Assembly (NCBI RefSeq): GCF_021869535.1
Contig: NW_026262690.1
Coordinates: 108,996,001-109,060,000 of the forward strand
DNA: 64,000 bases
DNA from: Mytilus californianus
Taxonomy: Eukaryota
Direction: 5' to 3'
A program made the position numbers and the translations under genes. Positions 1 to 12,834 of this stretch are shown here, piece after piece (the first letter of the stretch is position 1; each line of letters begins with the position of its first letter). Under the pieces are notes generated by a model that worked only from the letters and a program-made list of their open reading frames with translations, did no database searches and was not told where the DNA came from.

Positions 1-2087
1 TGCTGTGGTGTGCATCAGTCCTGGTGATATTCAGATGAATGTAACAATATGGATTTCATTCTTGAAAGGGCTGTATGTTAGTGTCACTAGTTTTGTCCAT
101 GTAATGGTTTTGCACGAAAAATACACCAACAAGGTTTAGACGGTAAAAAGTCGGCTTATTTTTTAACCATGTGTGAGGCTTAATATGTAAGTTAACAAGT
201 AAGGGTTATATGTTCTATAAGCCTCTCAATACATTTATGATACTGTTTGTATACATTCAATCAACACAATTATCTTAGATAAATAAAACAATTCCTATGA
301 TTTAAAATAGAATTTACATTCAAATACAAAAAAAAAGATAAGAATAAAAGACTTACATACGTTTAGATCATCTATCATCTATTTTATTCAACATTTATGT
401 ATGAAATGGTCGTTTTGTGCTTTTTTTTATTTATATCTTAGCAATAAAGCTATTGGCCAACACGCAGGAATGTGAAATGAAAGTAACAAATAGTTATTTG
501 ATTAAGTGCGGCGTACATTTCAAAGTTACTCATTCATGTCATTTTTGACTTTTAAAAAACAAATTCTTACTTTTTTTTTGTTGTTGTCCTTTTGTGATTG
601 ATAATTTTCGTCTTAATTGTTTATTGTCTGAATTCAAAACATCTGCTGTTACAGTGTGCTTAAAAATATTGTACATGATATTCTAATGTATGCAATTCAT
701 ATTTTATACAATTCCTTATGAAACCGTTTAATGCAACTAACTTTAGAGTACAAATAAAGATATATTGACAATATATTATGAATATGCAAGGATAGTCAAT
801 TGTATCTAATAATTGAATCCCGACCAGTAATATTACGGCACAATGTCAAGCTCAAGGAAACAAAACTGAAGATAATTCAGGAAGTTAATAAACCCTACTT
901 CAACGCGTCGTTGTATCTTAACAAAACGATAATTTTATCACAGAAGTGTTTTGAGAAAAATACATGACAACGGTTTCATTTTGCGCACTAAATATTGCAT
1001 TCCAGTGAATTTATCAAATAAAATCCCTTGAACTTTGCCAGAGAAAAGACCAAATATGCTGAAGATACGTGGAGATTATTTTTAACTGTACTTTCATCCT
1101 TAAAGACATGATGCAGTTCCTAATATATAAAAAATAGAATATGCAGTATAATAACCAGCGACAACACTACAGGCTTTTTACAAATAACCGTTTATTTATA
1201 CAGCTATAAGTCGCCGTTTGGCCTCCAACAATGTAACATTTTGTGTTCTATAGTTTACATGTGATCACGTTTTAATGAACATTTTTTTGGAAAATAAGCA
1301 AGTGTTGTTTTAGTTGCCAATGAGACCACTTTCCACCAGAGACCAAATGATATAGAAGTTAGCAAATAAAGGTCGCCTCAAGGCCTTTAACAATGCGCAA
1401 AACTCAAATCATATATTAAGCTAAAAAAAGGCATAGGCAGGAAAAACTATAAAACGAGGCAAACAATGGACTGATTCATGTACAAAACATTTAAAAAAAA
1501 AAAAACAAAAAAAGAACAAAATGAAAAGACCAACCAACTAATTATAGACTCCAGGTTTTGAACAGACTGATACTGAATGTGGCTGAGTTAACATGTTTGC
1601 AAACGCAAAATTCTTCCGAAAAATTGATACAGTGGTGTATCATTACAATATACATGTAAGAACACACAACACAACTGTGTAATGATTATCTGTTGAACTG
1701 AATAATGTCAGAAATATATCTAATTTGGTATATGTGTCTTACTCACCAATCTGAAAACAATTAAAAATTTATTTACAGTTCATGGTTTTGAAGAGCAACA
1801 ACACAATCAATCTCATATTCTTTATTCATATGCTGTTCCAATTAAACTGTTAACATAGTGTATATCTATGTTAGCCATACAGTTTCACCATTTTTTTTAT
1901 TGAAAATATTGCAGTTTTCAAATATCGATATTCTGTTTTTTACAATTGTCCTTTTTTATTGACCGTTTCGTCGACATTGGGATCTTGACATACCTAAATC
2001 AACATGATCAACTAAGCCTTCCGTTTTTCTTTTTGTACAGGTCGGAAACCTCTGTATATCTCTGTACCGATGTAAAGCTTTCCCTAA

Positions 2088-2187
2088 ATTTCGGTCAATG
2101 ATTGTTCTGCCATCTGCGTTTTATTATTGGGAAGACATGTCATCCCAATAATAGAACACAGATGCCAGAACAATCATTGACCGAAAT
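2088..2187. repeat. Fold-back inverted repeat (~45-bp arms)
   Basis: ATTTCGGTCAATGATTGTTCTGCCATCTG...TATTATTGGGA versus TCCCAATAATA...CAGATGCCAGAACAATCATTGACCGAAAT. Confidence 0.9.
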
Positions 2188-5100
2188 ATATACAACTTCT
2201 AAAATTTCCACATTTAAAGTTAAAATTTAATTTAAACAAGGTAAACCAACACATGAAGTGGTAATCGAGTGGTAATTGATGGGTGTTGTTGTCTTTATTA
2301 TCGTTTTATGTATGTAAAACGTGTAATATATATGAAAATGGGCGTTGTAATCTTTTAAAATAGATATTTTACTGAAGTAAACAAAATATACTTTACATAA
2401 CAATGCTATCTATGGTAACACAATATTTTTTTAAACCGGTTAGGAGTCTGGTATTGCACTTATAAACACTCAACGATTGACAGATTGATTATATAAATGA
2501 CGGCACAATATGTTATAAAAAAGTTAAATAAAGCTTACTTGAATTGCACGATTCTCTTACATGTACACTATAAATGTGTTATTATATACACTTTCCCCAT
2601 TTAACAACTACACTTGTTCAAAAGTTTGAAGTATCAATTTACTGGACATAAATCATCAGATTTTTTATTGCACCAGGTTTCCATTTAAATCAGATTAACT
2701 GCATGCACATTTACATTTGATGTTGCTGTTCTGTACTTAACTTTATGTCGGACAAAATATCAAATAACTTAATAAAAATCGGTAAATTATTTGTGTTCAG
2801 AAAAAGATACAACAAGATATGGCCTGATCCCTAAATGGATACAAACACAATTCATAAGGTTGACCAAATTAAATTGTAAAATCCACAGACGTCTCTGTTA
2901 CTTTACTTGTATACAGGTATTTCAACATTGAAGATACTTTTGTTCATATAATGCTGCTAGTTGTGTTTATATGTTGTGTTGGTTATATGTATACACTATA
3001 TAGATAAACTGCCTAGACCGTAAACTGTGCTGTACATTTGTTAATCTTGGGTTACGTTTCACAGTATAGTACTTACCTGCGTGATTTATTAGTGTCCCCA
3101 AAACGTCGTTGGACTGAAATGATCGAAATATATCTTGCAACACATGCGTTTTTGGACCCTTGTTCTATTGTCACAGACTGGAAGGCAAAACACCAGCAAA
3201 CATTGATTTGTATAATGCCAATAAAATTATAAATAAGATTATAGAAGCCCAAGCAATATTCATTGTTATATTTGCTGTGCACAGTTTACTGACCCATGTA
3301 ATTTTATTTGAAGTTATCTGTCTTTCTATTACTGTTATAGTGTGCAGGTAATCGTAGAGGTTTGTTGTAGCTTTAATGTTTGTATGGGTATGTAATGCTA
3401 TAAGGTTGATGTTTTTTAGTTGCAATCTGTTTAGTTTGATGTGGATGTTAAACCTGGTTGTGCTAAGGTGTGCGGGGAGTAAAACCCAGCTGCACAATAA
3501 ATAATTGTTTTTATAAATCGACTGCGTCAAAGTCGAATGTGGAATGTTTATTCCATTAGTTTTCAAATGTCTCCTTTATAACATCCTTATATTATCGATT
3601 ATATTCTTCAAGATTTAAAAAATGGTGCATGGAATCCCGAATATCACACTTTGTTACAATCCTAGTTTAGACAGACGAGGAAAGACATAAATTGACCAAA
3701 ACTACACCATATAGCCTATCTTGTCGAGTGGCTCAGACAAGGCAGTGTTATCAAGATGTCAAAGTTGTAAGGAATCGAGTCCTATGTAAGAAAGTACATA
3801 CATTTGGTACGATAAATTTGCAGGTATTTGTTATGCTTGATTGAAATAAATGTAAATGCATATATTTCCAAAAAAATATCAAAATATGGTACGATTAATT
3901 AACCAATACTTAAATGCAAATGTAATGCACAAAGTGAAATATTACTGCTATTTGACCCAAACACAGAACTATGTGTTTTCTTAATGCCGATAATATGCAT
4001 TTAATTGTAAGTAAATAAAGAAAACTGTAAGTAAATGTATGAAATTGGTTGGTATACTATGGTATGTTGGTTTTTCTTTGTGTTGTTTGGTTGTCTTTTA
4101 AATAATGCATTCTATTCCTATTATTCCTATTTTTTCTGCCAAACAAGAGAATTGAATCTGATTTCGGTGAGAAATATATAAAAAAAAAAAAAATGACCTT
4201 TCTGAACATTTCCTTATATGCAAAATTTTATCAATAGGTCACTTGACTATGGAATATTGTTTACGGAAATAAAAATTTAACAGATCTGCACTGTAAAAGG
4301 ACAAATAAGCTTTAACGAACCTTTTTGACTCACAAAGAGTTCATTTTTGACAATCTTTTACTTCACTTACAGTACTCAGCATTGATGCATATTTATGTAA
4401 AATTTATGATTTACCTATATCATTCAAAATCGTTCTCTAGTTGAATGTTTCTTCAATAGACTATCGTGAGGGAATTAAACATATAAAATTAACATATTTT
4501 CACTTATTAGACGAACAAACACACACTTACTCGCATTTTTATAACACGAAAATATAATCATCTTTAATCTCTAGTTATAACTGAAAATTACAACTCTTGT
4601 AATATACCTGGTACGAAATCTCGTCTGAAGAAAAAAAAAACGGTGATCGTTCATTCCATCTCCAAAATTTTGTCCATCAATGTGCAAATGTACAGGATAC
4701 CTTCTAGCTTTCTTTATATGTGAAAATCGTTTTAACTTATGTAGCATCCACACATTCTCCCATAGATAAAAAAACCATTAGAATACCTTTAACCTGTAGA
4801 CAGTTTTATTGCCAAAAGGTTCATACATGTTGTCAATAAGAAATTTAAAATGATTTCTACGTGAGAGGATAAATGCAATGTGCGGCAACTAGGAATGTTC
4901 TGCATAACTGTTTGCATTGATGTACTTGGAATTTCCATGTTAATCAGAAATGATTACTCAACAAATTAGATGGTCCTTTTCGGGATCTTTATCTTTAGAC
5001 TCATGACTAGTCGTATAGTTTGTAAATTAACCTTTTTATTGTGTCTTATTTCAAATTGTTCTATTTTGATTTAGTGTGAATTTGAGTGGCGGGTAATGAT

Positions 5101-5837
5101 TGCATAGAAAAAACGCTTATATAGATGCATGAAATCAGAACATTGTTAAACTACTGCTATTTGAAATTTAACATTGAATCCTTGTTAAGACTACATAAAG
5201 GTACATAATGTTATTTTGATGAGGAAACATACACGTTCGTACATATCTGAGTTGGTGTGTTGTTATCATTAATTAGTTCTGACTATGGACACTTATAAAT
5301 GCCGTATTACGTAGACTAGAAGGAAACATGATATCTTAAATATTGAATAGATTTCGCGACAAACGGTTCTAAATGGAGAGGAGCGATACAGCTTGGATGG
5401 TTTACAAGTATTATACCATTTGTGAAAATTGGGGTCGATTTTGGTGCTTATTGCCCCTATTACTTTCAAATGACATCATCCTTTTTTTCAGCAAATTGCT
5501 TATCAATGATTTATGAATTATTGATCAATTTAGATAACTCGCATTTGTTCATAGTGTTTCTTTCTTTCTACTCTAATATCACACACGGATGGTCACTCTG
5601 CATTCTTAAAAGCATGCCACTAGCAAAATGATATTCTAAGCATTATTACTCATCTTCCTCCCAAAGTACAGCTGTTGTTTATTTCTTTCAGTTTGTTTGT
5701 ATATTCCTTTTCTTCTTGCTGTTCATTCTCTTTTTAGTGTTTTCGTTATTCCTTTTCTTTCGTATTTTCCTTTTTTTTCTATTTTCTATGTGCCTCCTTT
5801 TCCATCTATTTTACATTTTATCGAACTTTACGGATAT

Positions 5838-5966
5838 CAAAAAGTAAAATCACAAAAATTCTGAACTTCGAGGAAAATTCAAAATGGAAAGTCCCAAATC
5901 AAATGGCAAAATCAAAAGCTCAAACACATCAAACGAATGGATAACAACTGTCATATTCCTGATTTG
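5838..5966. repeat. Dispersed repeat family 2 fragment, inverted
   Basis: Reverse complement of the 3' half of 19852-20052. Confidence 0.75.
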
Positions 5967-8398
5967 CAAACAACTGCAAAGTTTTAAAACTTTTTGTATT
6001 TATTATAGGAATATCTAAAGAGTTATATGTATTGAAACAAACTATTCATTACATTTACGGACAAAAAATAAATAAAGACGGTTAGGTTATCTACCAAAAT
6101 CGAATTGGAACTCAACTTGGCACATATATTTTTTCGAATTGACTGCTGTCAGTGCCATGACGCCTTTTGTTAAGTCAAACAGCATTTATTCATTTTTGAC
6201 TTCAATTTTACGAGCCAATCAATTAAAGTCTACTCACCGTTTCATATTCCACATTGTTATTTGATGAACTAGGAGACCGCAATGGTTAAGGAAAATATCA
6301 TTGGTACAAAATATTTTGAAATCAAACCCACAACTCCGTTATTAATAGATTGAAAATGTGGGAATCTTCCATCTGTGAGATAATCCGATTAACGATTTAA
6401 TGTATGGCATGAATGGAGGAACAGAATTAGGTAAATATAAGAGACATTGAATATTAAATGCTTAACCGTGACACCTTGAGCAAGATCAAAAGCTATTCAA
6501 AAACTTTCGTTATGTTTTTAAAGGGTTTTATAACTAATTCCTGTTTATTCATATTCTGTCAAAAAAAAAAAAATAATTACAAAGACCTGCTGCCGATGAA
6601 AAGACTAACGCTTTTTATGACTTAATAATGATACATGTTGAGTACATGTTGAGTATTGTAGAATATGATATTGAATGTACTGGAATACCATTATAAAAAC
6701 AAAGGAATAAAACTTTTTTGAACATAAAACAATTCATATCGAGGGTTCCAGAAATCAAATGGCAATGTTTAAATTATTACACATAACATTAAACGTAAAG
6801 CAACACGAAATGAGTAATTAAGAAGGGTGAAGGAAATTCTAATAAATAGAATCTATATTGAGGTGGAAGTCATCATGTTGAAAATAAAGTCCACTAAAAA
6901 TGGTTTCAGAGAAATGTGCTCTTGTATCTAGGTAAACTGCTGGTTATGCAAGATGACAAGTGGAACTTGGAAGAAGCAATATTGAATTAATTACATTTAC
7001 ATTTTGCTGGTGTTAGACCTATGTTATTCATTAAAATCTTTCATATTTCATTAAGTTATCCCCTTTCAAATATATTCACTCTTCGATGAATATTGGTCAA
7101 GCATTCGTTAAATGATGTCAGAGAAATACACGTAAACAAGAAGAACGACAGATTGAAGTACTTCACACTTGTACTTATGGACATATAAGATAGTGGGAAT
7201 TGTTAATTAAAACATGGTTGGTCCCTTTGGCTGTAGTCGTTCGTCTTTATTCTATTTTTTTCACTACAAAGAATTATTGTGAACGATTACCGAAATCTGC
7301 AGTTTTTCTCAAGTGGCGAATTGAGAAATTCCTCAAATGGTCAATAATTTGACATCAGATTTAAATCATGTATTTGGTTTATACTTAGGTATATTGTATG
7401 ATGAACATAAACACAAAGTACATAATTTACATTATTAATATTGAAATTAACTGTTGACACAGAGATATGTCACGTTTTTATTTAATTTTGATAGTAAAAT
7501 GCTACGGTTAAAACTATAATGGCAATACTTTAGGATCTTAGCTATCCATAAAATTTAAAGTCAATGAACAATGACTGTAGATGAAGGTCCAAATAACCTC
7601 CTTGATATAAGTACATGCTAATATAGCAACATACCAATGACTATTGACTTATTACAAGTTGTTCCCGGTAAACTGACCGAATCACAAACATTAACTTCTA
7701 AGCTAAGGAAAAGTTTCAAAGTCAATAGACCATACCTAAGGGGGCGGGGCCAAATAATCTCCATGGAAATGAGATGTGCCAATGATTATACAACTTAAGA
7801 TTACTATCACTAGATGATCTTTTTAAACTGGCATAATCACAAACTAATGCATGTACATTATTGAATACATTGCCACCTGCCACAGCATGCCTGAGTCTCG
7901 CTTTTGCGATTTCGTCGAGGAGAGACAATTTGATATTTTTCTCTTCTATATTCCTTACGGCATCTAATCTTTTAACTGTTTAAAACTGTTTAAAATCGTA
8001 AGTCATTACTTTGAACAATGCTGTCTGTAATGGAGATTTGTTTTATGTCACGTTTCCCCAAAAAAATTGCGCGTCTAAGACAGAACAGATTGTGATTATT
8101 TCTTTAATGTAAATGATATGTCCGCTTATAATTTCGAAAGAAAATGTTGAACTGTAACCTATTGCTCGACAATGATACCCTCTATAAGCATCCGGTAAAC
8201 AGTTAGTTGACGAGCAATGGATGTGAGAATGCAATACTAGGGATAGCATGCTCATATAAAGCATATTTGCAAATTTGTAGTTCTATAGAAAAATGTGACA
8301 AACATTGCATATATGTGTAGGAATATATTTGACTGCTCAGTCACGGTAAACAGGAAGTTATATTATTGAGTGATAATTATGAAAACGTATCATACAGT

Positions 8399-9240
8399 AA
8401 ATAAAGGCAACAGTAGTATACCGCTGTTCGAAATTCATAAATAGATTGAGAAAAAAACAAATCCGGGTTACAAACTAAAACTGAGGGAAACACATCAAAT
8501 ATAAGAGGAGAACTACGACACAACAGAAACACAACATTAAAATGTAACACACACAGAAACGAACTACAATATAACAATGGCCATTTTCCTGACTTGGAAC
8601 AGGACATTTTAAGAAAAAAATAGTAGGTTGAACCTGGTTTTGTGGCTAGCCAAACCTCGCACTTTTATGGCAATGTTAAATATAACACTAAATGACATCA
8701 TTACATGACATGAATACAGTACAACATTACGGACAGAGAATAACGCAAATAAACAATACAATATAGTACATATGGACAACGAAACAACAGAAACACTGAA
8801 GTGAACAAACAACCGACAATGCCACAAACACAGAAACAAACTATACGCTATACGATAACAATTGCCATTTTCCTGACTTGGTACAGGATACTTTTAAGAA
8901 AAAAATGGTGGGTTGAACCTGGTTTTGTGACTAGCCAAACCTCCTGCTTTGATGGCAATGTTAAATATAACATTACAATGACAACATTACATGACAGGAC
9001 TACAATACAAATAATGGGAGAACATAAAGGACAGAGAAACATACGAATAATAGTTAACAAAAGATACCAGGTTTAAAATACGCAAGACGCGCGTTTCGTC
9101 CACACAAGACAAACCAGTGACGCTCAGATAAAAAAGTACGAAAGCCAAAACAAGTACAAAGTTGAAGAGCATTGAGGACCAAAAGTTCCAAAAAGTTGTC
9201 CCAAATACGGCTTAGGTTATATGTCTGGGATAAGAAAATC
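8399..9240. repeat. Dispersed repeat family 1 (AAAGGCAACAGTAGTATACCGCTGTTCG...) with internal duplication, fused to a hammerhead-bearing repeat
   Basis: Near-identical to 16920-17415; internal unit repeated at about 8581 and 8864. Confidence 0.85.
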
Positions 9241-9394
9241 ATGCTCATACCAGTTGCATGGTACGGACGGACGAAGGACGGACGGATATGAACCAGTTTA
9301 CCCCTGCCCTTTTCAACGTCTTAATTCTACTATACTTTAACGTATACAAAACATTTGATTAGAAATAAAATTGTTGCTTGACTATATATCTCTA

Positions 9395-9557
9395 TTACAC
9401 ATTGGCAATGTGTACGACATCATATGGTGAAAGATTGTCTCTTCTGACCAGAGTCAGATCCTGATAGGCTTGATGATCTAATTGGATTTCATTTTCATAA
9501 ACTGCTGAATTTCTTTGATTTGAATTTTCGTGACAATTCTTCAACATCGATTTTCGC
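9395..9557 (-). CDS. Terminal coding exon: cytoplasmic tail (Q)RKSMLKNCHENSNQRNSAVYENEIQLDHQAYQDLTLVRRDNLSPYDVVHIANV*
   Basis: Acceptor ttttatttttgacAG; phase-2 entry matches the TM exon; 53 open codons then TAA (followed by TAG); basic RK directly after the TM. Confidence 0.85.
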
Positions 9558-10813
9558 CTGTCAAAAATAAAATGTAAAAGTAATATTTTACATGAGAAGT
9601 AACATTTTAAATGCGTTTTTAAACCAAGATGGGAGTGAAATTTATATCTGATAGCAGTTAGAAATGATCAACAGCAATCCGTTGTTGATGATTGAACAAT
9701 TTTGCCATCCGATTCTTCATTTTCTAGATCAATTGTTAAAATTGCAAAAAGGGGAAACACACAGAAGTTGCCCTTAAAAACGAAAAGTCAAACGAAATCT
9801 GACAACGTTATAAGCCACAAACACAGAAACAAACAAACCACATGAAAAAAAAGAAGATAAACGACTAACAACGAATGCCAGTGGACGAAAAACGGACATC
9901 GGACGCAATTGATTACAATAGCTCACATTGACACTCTTTAAATATACATTCTTATAATACCTTAACTAATAAGTCTAGAAAAATGTATAGTTGTCAAATG
10001 AAAAATGATAACACAAATTAAATACACTGACTAAAGTGAACAGACAAAATATTAAATTATACGTTCTTAAAAGTTTGTTTGACATGTTTAAATTGAGCTT
10101 CGGAATCTTCTTTTCCCCTGATATTATTTAAATATCAATATACTAGTATACATACATAAATCACATATACATATTACAAGTCGAGGTATAAAGTTTGGAA
10201 TAGGATCTGACTACCTTTCAGTAGCAGATCAGTTCAACGCGGCTTTTTGTGATGCTTTATGTTTTATTATGTCTCTTTTGTTTTCATGGTTGTTGTATAT
10301 TCGTATTTTTTCTATTTTGACCTTGGTGTTGTAGTTTTTGTTTCGATATATTTGGTTTTTGGTTTTCCGTTCGAATATTCTGCCGCATTTTACCGGAAGT
10401 TCGTTCAGTTCATTCTTACTTTGTTTAATTATCAAAAAAATACAATAAGTTCATATTGTTTGTTTTACTTGCAGTACTTCAAAAGATGTGATCCCTTTCT
10501 TCTCTATCAACCAATAAGATAATGTCGATCCTATTTGAAATTTTAAAACAATACGCGGTATGCCAATAAACGGTTGTGACTTCTACAATACTGATTGTTT
10601 TATGAACAGTCTTTCTAAATGTGTACTTGTATATTATATTGGTTCCTTCGAAAAGAAACCTTAATTAAGAGAATGGCAACTTTAACATGAATGACGAGTT
10701 TTCAATCAAAACAAAATATTTTGCTAAGCAAATGTCATAATCTTTTTAAGTTATATCTAGCTTTGTGATACTACATATACATGGAATTTACACTCGACTT
10801 AATTAACACGTAC

Positions 10814-10889
10814 TGAATAAACAAAATGACAGCTGCAATGATAACTATCAATCCTACAATTCCAGCAACTACACCGATCAAGACAGTAT
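10814..10889 (-). CDS. Transmembrane exon (Y)TVLIGVVAGIVGLIVIIAAVILFI(Q)
   Basis: Acceptor ttattttgctattgcAG, donor GTACGT; 76 nt, phase 1 to 2; 24 uncharged, mostly hydrophobic codons. Confidence 0.9.
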
Positions 10890-12308
10890 CTGCAATAGCA
10901 AAATAAGAATCAGATGAAATGGAATTTGAAATATCTCCGCCATTAATACAACAATTATTCTATTATTCATTATCAAACCATATCATGCTAAACACATTAG
11001 AATAACACGCACACGCAGAAAGACGTGAGGTAACAATTTGTAATAAAATGAATTGACTGAGCAAATAGAAAGTATATCGGATCTATTGTCTTAGAAGTTT
11101 ACATTTTGTTAGGTTAACATAATCCAATATTTCTAGGTCAGTATTTTCTACAGTGATCGAGGGAATAAAAACGCATTTTTTTCTATCATTTTTAATAAAT
11201 ACTTACTAGTACTTCTTTTGTATCCATCTTCTTTTGAAACTGAAAAAAGTTTTGATATGAAACTATTTTTTATATATGAATAATAGTCCATCAGATATAT
11301 TTAGTTATGTCTATCAGTGCAATATTCTTAATTGAGAAAATTCTAATTATTGTGTGTTTCTATTTTCTCGGCAAGGATAATTTTTCCATACATGTAAGAA
11401 CAAGTACAAACAAAAACGTTGTATGCAATCAATGTATCTGTTTTATAGTCAAACAAGGAAATACCAAAAAAAAAATAAATAAATGGGAGATTTAGTACTA
11501 AAACAAAAAATACACAAAACGGTTTATAGACGCTGGTTTCCGACGGTATCCTATGATTAATACATTTCGTAGACGATCCTAGGACATATCGTTGTCTTAA
11601 GTGAGTTTTTTTTCAAAAGATTTTCAAGTTAAGATATGTGAAATTATTTATAGTAAAGCAAGGACATCAAAGTATCTCTATTAAGATATGTCATTTTCAG
11701 CCATACCAACACCACAATAATTATGCCGTATTTGACATTTAGTTATAAAAATCAGAAGATTAGGTATGATTGCCAATCAGACAACTCTGCATTAGAGAAC
11801 ACACGATATAAAAGTTTACAATTCTAGGTCACTATACGGCCTTCAACAATGAACCTTTTAGGTGATATCAGATAAGACACTGTCATAGCATTTAAATTTT
11901 TAGTTTGGCATATTATAAATATTTGTTATCCGTTAGATAAATTATCATGGAATTATCGTGAAAGGCTAAGATACATAACCTGTCTTACGATTCAAGCTGA
12001 AATTGTAAATGTATAATATATAGAGCTATTGCCACTGATTGTCACAAAAGCATACACGGAAGAATTAATTACGCTGCATACATGAATATGCATATGTATG
12101 ACGTTTTTGACTATTCATAAATATAGGTCTATATAAATGATTGTCGGTTGCTCTACCTAAGTTTCTAAAAATAGTATCAAAACATTTCTTAAAGTAAACT
12201 AAATGTACTTCCTATATATAATAAAGAAGAAAAAAATGCTTTTAAATAGTTATTACTAAGATTATTCATCAGACCATACATTCTGGGAACATAAGCGCAA
12301 AACAGATT

Positions 12309-12318
<10 letters not shown>

Positions 12319-12339
<21 letters not shown>

Positions 12340-12351
12340 GTGGGGGGGGGG
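12319..12351 (+). repeat. Poly-G tract (G22 T G10)
   Basis: Directly read; follows a T12 run. Confidence 0.95.
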
Positions 12352-12762
12352 ATTCTTGCCGCTGAATTTTTAGTTCTCTTTGTCCAGTTTTGAGGGCTGT
12401 TCTTTGTATTTTAGTCTTTTTCGTTTTGGCAATTGTATTGTCGGTTAGTATTCAAGTTATGAATTTTTGTTGAAGTATTTTACCTGTTTTACTATTTTTT
12501 TTTTAACTTAAAGTCAGTAAGAAATACACAAAATTTTCCTCCGAACAAATACCCTCTAAAAAAAAAACAGCACACGAAGCATGGTGTATTTATTTTTACT
12601 AAGCACATAGAGATTGATATGAGCTACATAATATGAATTCAAATCTGAAAGAAAATTAGTTAAATGTGTTTTACGAATTAAGTTAGAATAGCTTCAAAAT
12701 TAAAAAAAATAAATAAAAAACAACAACAAGTAACTAGTAAACGAAATGGTGTCTATATTTAC

Positions 12763-12834
12763 ATGCTGTTATTTCTGTTGTTACTCCTGATGTAGTAGAT
12801 TCTTCCTGTGCATAAGTCAGATGAGTTGTTGAAT
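12763..12834 (-). CDS. Ser/Thr-rich stalk exon (D/Y)STTHLTYAQEESTTSGVTTEITA
   Basis: Acceptor ttttcaatactttAG, donor GTAAAT; 72 nt, phase 1/1; open frame that joins the TM exon in frame. Confidence 0.8.

Noticed and set aside
7741-7756. GC box plus CCAAAT as a promoter
   Set aside because: No adjacent gene start; it appears to sit within repeat-like sequence.
8377-9248. Cluster of 60-91-aa ORFs (similar ones at 16843-17067, 17520-17731, 53817-54030, 56338-56876, 59791-60060)
   Set aside because: All lie within dispersed repeats and recur with them; low-complexity C/V/F/L or K/T/N composition.
11400-11700. Further Penelope-like RT remnant
   Set aside because: Only a weak GDLVLK-like match; too decayed to support.
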